Positions 56,777 through 64,000 of a stretch of DNA of 64,000 nt are shown here, piece by piece. Origin of the DNA: Selaginella moellendorffii (taxonomy: Eukaryota > Plantae > Lycopodiophyta). The notes below the pieces were generated by a model. The model was given only the letters and a program-made list of their open reading frames with translations. It ran no database searches and was not told the origin of the DNA. Each line of letters begins with the position of its first letter. Within the stretch, counting starts at the first letter, position 1. The position numbers were made by a program, and so were the translations under genes. The stretch spans positions 6,075,531 to 6,139,530 of the forward strand of contig NW_003314262.1 in the NCBI RefSeq assembly GCF_000143415.4. The letters are read 5' to 3'.

Positions 56777-59700
56777 TCAGCAGCATCGCTTCTCGACGAA
56801 AACCGCGGTTGTTCGTTTGGGAATAGCGAAGGTTCCATTGTCGCAACTGGAGGCCTTGACGAGCTCGTCTTGGGAAGCGGCCTGTTTGGAGGAAGCCAGA
56901 GTTAGTTCCTTTCTTTCCAGGCGAAGAATATAGGCAGTGCGTTACCTGGACGGGGTGGAGTTCTAGTTTGAAGCCTCTCAAGAGGCCAACTTTGAGGATT
57001 CCCTCGTCCGGACGAGCATTGATTACGACGACGATGATCCGAAAGCTGCCAGAGAATAAGTTAGAGAGATCCCAAAGCTCCTTACAGAGAGAGAGAGAGA
57101 GAGCATACATGGAGTCGATCTGGAGGAGTCCAGGCTCTCCTTCATCGCCATCATGAATGCTCATGACTATAATCCCGGGAATTGCCGCAGGGCCGGTGTT
57201 GTGGAACTGCAGTCTAGCCTGGAAGAACCCCGATAGTAATTGAGTGTTTGTGTGAAACTGCAGCGTGCTTACCTGGATGGCGTTGACGGTTTTCAGTCGA
57301 AAGAGTGGGGACGAGAATCTGATCTTAAGCAGATCTTGGAAGTTTGCTACGGCCGCGAGAATGTGATCCTTGCTCGGTCTCAATGACTCGTTACCTAGAA
57401 GCTTTCTCATGCTGAGAAAGGAAGCTTGTGTCAGCCTATGAGAGACGAGTAAAGCAGCGAGGCGAGCTTACATTGGCCATTTTTCTCCGTTTTTGCTTTT
57501 CGGTGGCAATCCGACTCCCCAGTTGTTTGTTTCATACGAAAAATCAAGCCTGGAAATGCCAAATGAGAGCAGAACTTTGCTTCACTGCGCCAGACCTATT
57601 GAACCAGTCTCCCGAATTGTAAGAATCGCGATCAAGTGACTTCGAGCGAAGCATATCCTCTCCAGCATGGAAGAAAGGAATTGCCTGATTGACATGGTTA
57701 AGCGAAATAACATAAATCAAAAGCTATCTACCTGTGACAATGCAACTATGCTCGAAGCGAGATGATTGACACGACAGCGATCCTCCAAGCTCACACTTTC
57801 CGCCACCTATGAAAAAGACGATAAGTACAAAAGGAAGCCTTTACACAAACACAAACCTTCATCATGATGATGTCAAAGAGAGTTTCATTGTCATGAGCAG
57901 AGACATAGTTAATCTACAAAATGCAAAATCAGTAGGCAAACAGAAATACATTTATCAAGCATACTATTTCAGTTGGAGACGCAGCGTAGGCAACGGGTTT
58001 ACCATCGTGCGTCAAAACCTCACACCCTTTAACCTGTGAAAGAGATCTTGGTTTCTTTTCCACGAGAGAGCCACAAAAATAGTTACCTCTCTACCCTCAA
58101 AATCCACGAAAACGTAGTCTCTTAAATTTCCGGCCAATCCAAGCTGTAAGAAAACATGAGCTCTTGAAGTCCATTTTGAGCAAGCTTACGATTATCCTAT
58201 CTTTGCCGCGAGCCAAATTCTTGGCCATGTTCTCTTCATCGCCTTGAGGTAAACTGTTTGGCTAGAAAATGCAAATGCAGGTCAGAAAGAAACAAAAAAA
58301 AAAAAAAAGAAAACACAAGAGGCACCTGCAAAGAAAGGCCTGTGAATATTCCTTGCTCGAGAGGATCACCGAAAGGAGATCCACCAATAGCCGAATCTCG
58401 CATTCGATCGTTAAAACTGCCACTCTGATATTGTAAGAACACACTTCAAACAAAAAGACATTGCGTCACCTGCCGATTTGACTTCCTGGCAGGTTAAGTT
58501 GCGTTGCATTAACACCTCGTCCATTTCCGTAAACCTCTCCAAAATCCCAGCCTTCTCCGTATCTGAAAACGAACAGGGCTTACAATTATGCCAAAAGCAA
58601 AGGCACGAAACCGCACAAGTAAATTTTAGATCCATCCACACCGTCTTTCTCTTCAGTTAAACTCTGAACTGCAGTTTTAGCTCGCATCTGAAACAAGATA
58701 TTAGTCCAACTTCCAAACTGGCACGAGATGCAAACCATAGTTCTTTTCATGATATGTCCCATAAGGTCGAACCTGAACCCGTCCACCTAGCATCGATCAA
58801 GGCGACGGTAAGAATAAACGAAAGACAGATTCCAGACCTTATACTGTGTCGCCCACATCAGCAGGTCATCAACTATCAACCGGTCGACCATGTAAAACTC
58901 GCTCGCAGTATTGTTCATGCATGTACTGTTTTCAATGACTCCGTCTTTGTTTCGACGAAGATAATATCCGGGAACAACCTACATTTGATTCAAAGAGTGA
59001 AAATTAGTGCCAGCAGATTTAAAAGCTTACTTTATCCAGAACAGAGAGATGATCCGAAGGACCATTTCCGTGCAAATGGTTGTACACAACGTCCAAGACA
59101 ACTCGCAGGCCCAGGCGATTTATCGACTGATAGAAATATCCGTTAGTTCAGAAAAGTCACGAGCATTAACAATTACCTGGACCATTGACCGAAATTCAAA
59201 TGTTCTGCAGGGTCCGTTTGGATCCGTGGAGTAGCTTCCGTCGGGAACACCCCAATTGACGGGGTCGTATCTGCACCATTTAAAAAGCAAACATTTACTT
59301 TCTAGTTCCTGGGAAAAGGTACCCCCAATTAAATCCATCTTCGTTTTGTATAGCTACAACAGCCTCCTGTTGTTCTTCGGAATCTGGTGGAAGTCCCTCC
59401 AGTCTGTCGTAATCTAGCAATAATGAAGTTGCTGTGCTTAGACCCCAAGGTAATTTTGATATGAAGCGTTTACCAAGCGTCTTCCATTTTTCCTTGACTT
59501 CATTAACACTTCCGAAGTCAAAACTAGGAAGAAGGTGTACATGAGTGAGACCTGCCTCAGCTAAACTCCTCAGGTGCCTCACTCCAGCAGATTCCTGCGA
59601 CACGCCAGCCACATGAACAAAAGCAATACTTTGAATCTGTACAAACCATTTCAGAAAATGCTAGAAACGTTCCTCGTAGATTTTCAGGTACTGTTTGGTC

Positions 59701-61491
59701 TCTTGCACTGAAACGACAGAGAAAATAAATATAATGCCCACCTCTAAAAGGTACAGACAAAAAATTACCTGAAGTCCCGTATGTGAAGCTCGTAAATGGC
59801 CATGTCATTGAAACAATGAAGCATGGGCTTTTCAGATGAGAGACGATCCCAGTTTTCAGGATTATGGTCAGAAAGATCGATAACGAGAGATCGTTCTCCA
59901 TTAGCAGACAAGCTGAGCAAACATCACAACTTAAGAAAAAAAACAAGTCTCTACGAGGACAGACTTACCCTCTCGAGTAGGGATCGTTTGCGAGGCAAAT
60001 TTCAACTTGTAATGTGGACGGATGAAAGACAGTCACCTCATACAAATAATATTTGCCAACCCAGTCTTTCGGTCCCGATGCAGTCCAAACGTTATGTTTC
60101 TCGTCAAGCTGAATAACGGCCTCAGGTTCTCCTCCTGAGGGTTCTGTGTACAGAAAAAGACGGACATTCTGAAGGCAAAACTTCGTAAACTTGAACTTGA
60201 GAGAAACAAACCTGAGCAGTGGGAGCCCAAATACTGAAAGTACACTCTGTTTCGGAGAATGTCACTCCCAGTGGACCATCATAACGCAAGACATCATCGA
60301 GTACACTAGGAAGCTGTACTCCAGATGCATCAATAGGGGCTCCATAAGCTGTACTCATATATTGAACAAAGATATGATTCTTCATGTGCGCTTACCATTA
60401 CTTGCCCCTACTGCCAATTGACATTTGATAAGTTTCTTCCAGTCCGCGTCACGAGGTAGCCGTAGAGCATGATAGCCAGAAATATGTGGGAGCCTTTCCA
60501 GCACCTGCAAAGGTCGAATTGGTAATTTCGCGCCACAAGCAATACGAGTTTACCTCGGCCGGAAGATCATGCGTGTCAACTTCCAGCTGAATTATAGTGT
60601 CGGCACCTAAAGCCAGCAAGCAATTCAGAACCGAATATCGGGACAATTACATTCCACCTTCTATGCCTCGCCCAGTAAGTTGTAGTTGTGCGTGTTGGCT
60701 TGCATGTAAGAAGAAGCTTCCATCTTGTGCATCCACATTCCAGGCCAGCAAGTCCTTATTTACCCAGAAAGCTCTTGCAAGATTCAAATTCCCCTGGAAG
60801 AACAGAAAAAACAGTAGCATCGAGCTCGAATAAAATCACTACTAATCGGACCTGAGGTAAGTTATCAAGGTCCGGTTCATCGTAAAACATTGTGGGCCGC
60901 TCCGACACAATCCACGCAGCCTTGTGTTGAGAATTCATCGAGCCAGTACCATCCTAATGGCAGCAGAAGAATGCCTGCATATCAGTATTAGGCAAAATGC
61001 CAGAAAAACTTCTACCACAGCCATCTACCTGTCTATCTCCACGATGAATGATGAAGTTGATGTTTTCGACTCCTTGGCCGATCAAATCCCAGTAGACTCC
61101 AAACTTGTCCGATCCCGATGGAGATAAAGGCTTCTCCCATTTTGTGGCAATCTCCGGACTTCCCCAGACATGAAGTCCCCATTCGTCATACTTTCCATCG
61201 TTCCTACACAACAGAGTAAAGATTAGCACGAAAGTTTTAAGACAATGCTACAGAGATGTGCCTGTGATAGTGAATCCTCCGCGATTGCGGCCCTGAATCC
61301 GCCACAGCTCTCGCCCGCCACAGCCTTGTTCTCCTCGCGGTGGCGAGGCAATGCATCCTCGTGGCGAAATATTGCGCGCGCAGCGATTTTCGCAGCGCTG
61401 ATCCACGGCATTGCACAGGCGCCAGGGCGCGCGAGTCGCGAATCTCATCGGCGCAGCGTACCTGGAGAATGCCGCTCGCCGCCAGCGCCAT
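56777..61491 (-). CDS. PU1: Plastid pullulanase / limit dextrinase (GH13), many short introns
   Basis: Transit peptide MALAASG...; [62 protein letters not shown], ends [15 protein letters not shown]. Confidence 0.95.
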
Positions 61492-61726
61492 CGATCGATC
61501 GATCGAAAGATGGGATGAAATGATAGGCGCAAGCCCTTGCCCGTGACAAGAAAAAAACAAAGAGCGCCACTTGGCAAGCTCACAGTAGGCCACGAAACAA
61601 CATACTACCAACCAATACCTTTGCCTTTACAACAATCTTACAAGTATGATAAAACTTTGGCTAGAGCTTTCCAGTTCCTCCCTGTACACTCCTCCCGAAA
61701 CAAAAAATCTTTCCTCCATAGCTCGA

Positions 61727-63633
61727 TCATATCGTTGCGTTTGGAAGCAAAAACGCGTCTCTTATTTTCTCCTGGAATCGCATCCAAAAAATCGTTCTTT
61801 TAGCGAGTTTGTAGCTTCAAGCAACGTAAATCTTACCTCGATTCCACACAGTGGAACAATTCCCAGGTGCATTTTCTTGAAGTCCAGAGTGGAAGCATCG
61901 TCTGCCGCTCTCAAGGGACCGCGTCTCTTTAGCAATTCCACCTCGGCCACAAACATGGCAGTCACTGGCCTGTGGTCCGAGAAAGTGTATTCTGTCCGAT
62001 AGTAATTGATTTGTCTAAGTCCTTTTCCCTTCCACAGTACTCGATCGCACCTATTCGTTAGAGAATTCTTAGCAAGCGTGTTGACTCACAAAACTTATAT
62101 GCCTACCAGGCTGGTGTTCTTTGTTTCTCTCCGCCGTTCGAATACTCGGTGGAGTTTGCTTTGTACTTGTAAGTCGGAGCAAACTCGATTGCTCCTTCCT
62201 GCCATCCATGAAAAACTCCACCCACGCTTTGGGCAAGCTTGAGCTGGAGGGAAAAAATCAGTCCTTGATTGGAAGCATGTCTACTTCAGAGTAAAGTACC
62301 TGATCTTTTTGTAGAAGCGCACTCCAGTTTTCGCTGTCCAAAAGAGTTTTGGTCTCTCCGTTTGACAATGACAGCCGGTAGTTTAAGTCGCCCAGCCATA
62401 GAACTCGACTGCAGGATTACGAAGATCTTTGAGAAACGATTGAAGGCAAGAATGCGAACGTACTCGTGAGCGAGAATGCTTGCTGGAGAGCCGTCATCTG
62501 ACTTCGAGAAAGTAGTTCGTCTTAAGATTTCAATGACATCTGAATGCCTGCGGAGTTCATCGCCTTCTCTCTCGCCAGATGTCAAGTGCGTGCACACAAA
62601 GCAAAAGCTTGTCTGATCAAAGTTCATGCTCACAGCAACAGACCCCTGTAAGAGACTTTAGTGCGACCAAAGAAAACATGCTGGAGACGCTACCTTGTTG
62701 CCGTAGTAGCCCATTAGGCCGCATCCAACACAGGAAACTTTAACATTGTGGATATACTGCCGCAAGTCTTTCCGAACCCAAACGGTGATGAAGATCCCGA
62801 CCATTTGCTTGCTTATCATACGGACGTAGGATGTTTTACTCTGTGTCGAGCTTCCAAATTCCAGCTCTGAACTGCTGTGTGCCTTCTTGTGCTTGTTGAA
62901 GTTCTCAGGCTGTGATGTTTCCGTGTGATCAGGACTGGCTTCGGAGTTATCGTCAACACCTTCCCTCCAGGGCGACGAAGGAGCGCTTTTTGTTTGTCTC
63001 CGGTCTCCATTAAGTGTCCGCCGGATGATAGCTTCCCACTTGGTAGCGGGTCCTTCGTCTTCGGCGCCTAGGACATTTCCAGGATTCAGAGGGACGATCT
63101 CTTGAAACCTGCGAGCCAACTCCGTAAGAAAGCTCTTCATCGATAAGCAAAACACATACCCGACCACATAGATGTCAACTGCATCCTTAACAAGGAGCCA
63201 TTCGCTTAAATCAATGTCGTCGGCAGGAGGCTTCCCAGCAACGTTCCAAGTTCCGGCAAAAACACTTTTGAAGCTTAAGAATGCAAGCAAGCACATAGAA
63301 TCAATCAAAGGACTACCTAAAGTTCTGGTTGTAGGTGAAGTGCGTGTGAGATATCCCCGACTCAGAGTATCTTCGAAAGACCTTTCTGTTCCTCACTGCA
63401 ATAACAGAGGAGCGTCAGAAAGATCTCGGCACAAAACCATCGCACCTGAATTGTCCTCGTCCTCGTCTGCACTGAACACGTTGGCGTCAGCTCCCAAGTT
63501 GAAGAGCTTCTTCACTGCCGATGTTGGCCAGAACGACTGCACAAAAACTAGCACCGTGTCACACACGAAAATTCACGGATTTGATAAGCACCTCAGACCG
63601 CCTGCTGCTACTCCTTTCCATTGCCGTTGGCAT
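61727..63633 (-). CDS. Type I inositol polyphosphate 5-phosphatase (CVP2/5PTase-like), multi-exon
   Basis: [81 protein letters not shown]. Confidence 0.93.
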
Positions 63634-64000
63634 AGATGCCTGCAAAAAAACGCTACACTCGCTTAGAAACGCATCAGAGAAGTAGCGAGAGAGCCAGGAC
63701 AAAAGCGTTTTAAGAACTCAAGAGGCACCAAACATACCAATTGATTCAATTGCCGGTGGAAGGATGATTCCTGTGAGATCTCACCAGAAGCAATCGAGGG
63801 ACAGACTCAAAATGACGAGAGTGTAACGTTCAACAGTTGGAGTTTGAAGGCAAGCATTTGATTCTATAGCCAATGGAAGGAGCAGGAATGATGCTGGTTG
63901 GTTGGCCTGCTACACGAGAGAGAGGAAAGAAAAATGGGAATCTCGGCACCGGCCCGAGTAGCTTGCCTTGAAAGTTGCAAAAAAGGAAACGCGTATGGAG

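Overview
A compact, intron-rich land-plant nuclear segment. The ~50-75 bp introns, S-motif-rich PLS PPR genes, an ARP MYB gene and a very dense gene layout suggest a lycophyte such as Selaginella (inference). Intact genes: an intronless PP2C, an unknown plastid-type protein, an SPL/SBP-box factor with a miR156/529 site, four PLS-E PPR genes, a candidate secreted peptide, a GH17+X8 glucanase, an ARP (AS1/RS2/PHAN) MYB, a subclass-XI-like LRR receptor with a degenerate kinase, NDUFA13, a TMEM135-like gene, pullulanase and an inositol polyphosphate 5-phosphatase. The interval ~21.5-44.9 kb is accessory: an integrase-deleted Copia, ARF and PPR pseudogene fragments, orphan ORFs, a full-length Gypsy element and an older Gypsy relic. 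The strongest unexplained signal lies upstream of ARP on the minus strand (20382-21043): a chain of 14 non-overlapping micro-ORFs of 3-9 aa, with different internal sequences, that all end in Arg(CGC/CGT)-stop. This looks like an undescribed uORF-array translational control device. The second highlight is a complete -1 frameshift signal (GGGAAAC plus H-type pseudoknot) at the Gypsy gag/pol junction.
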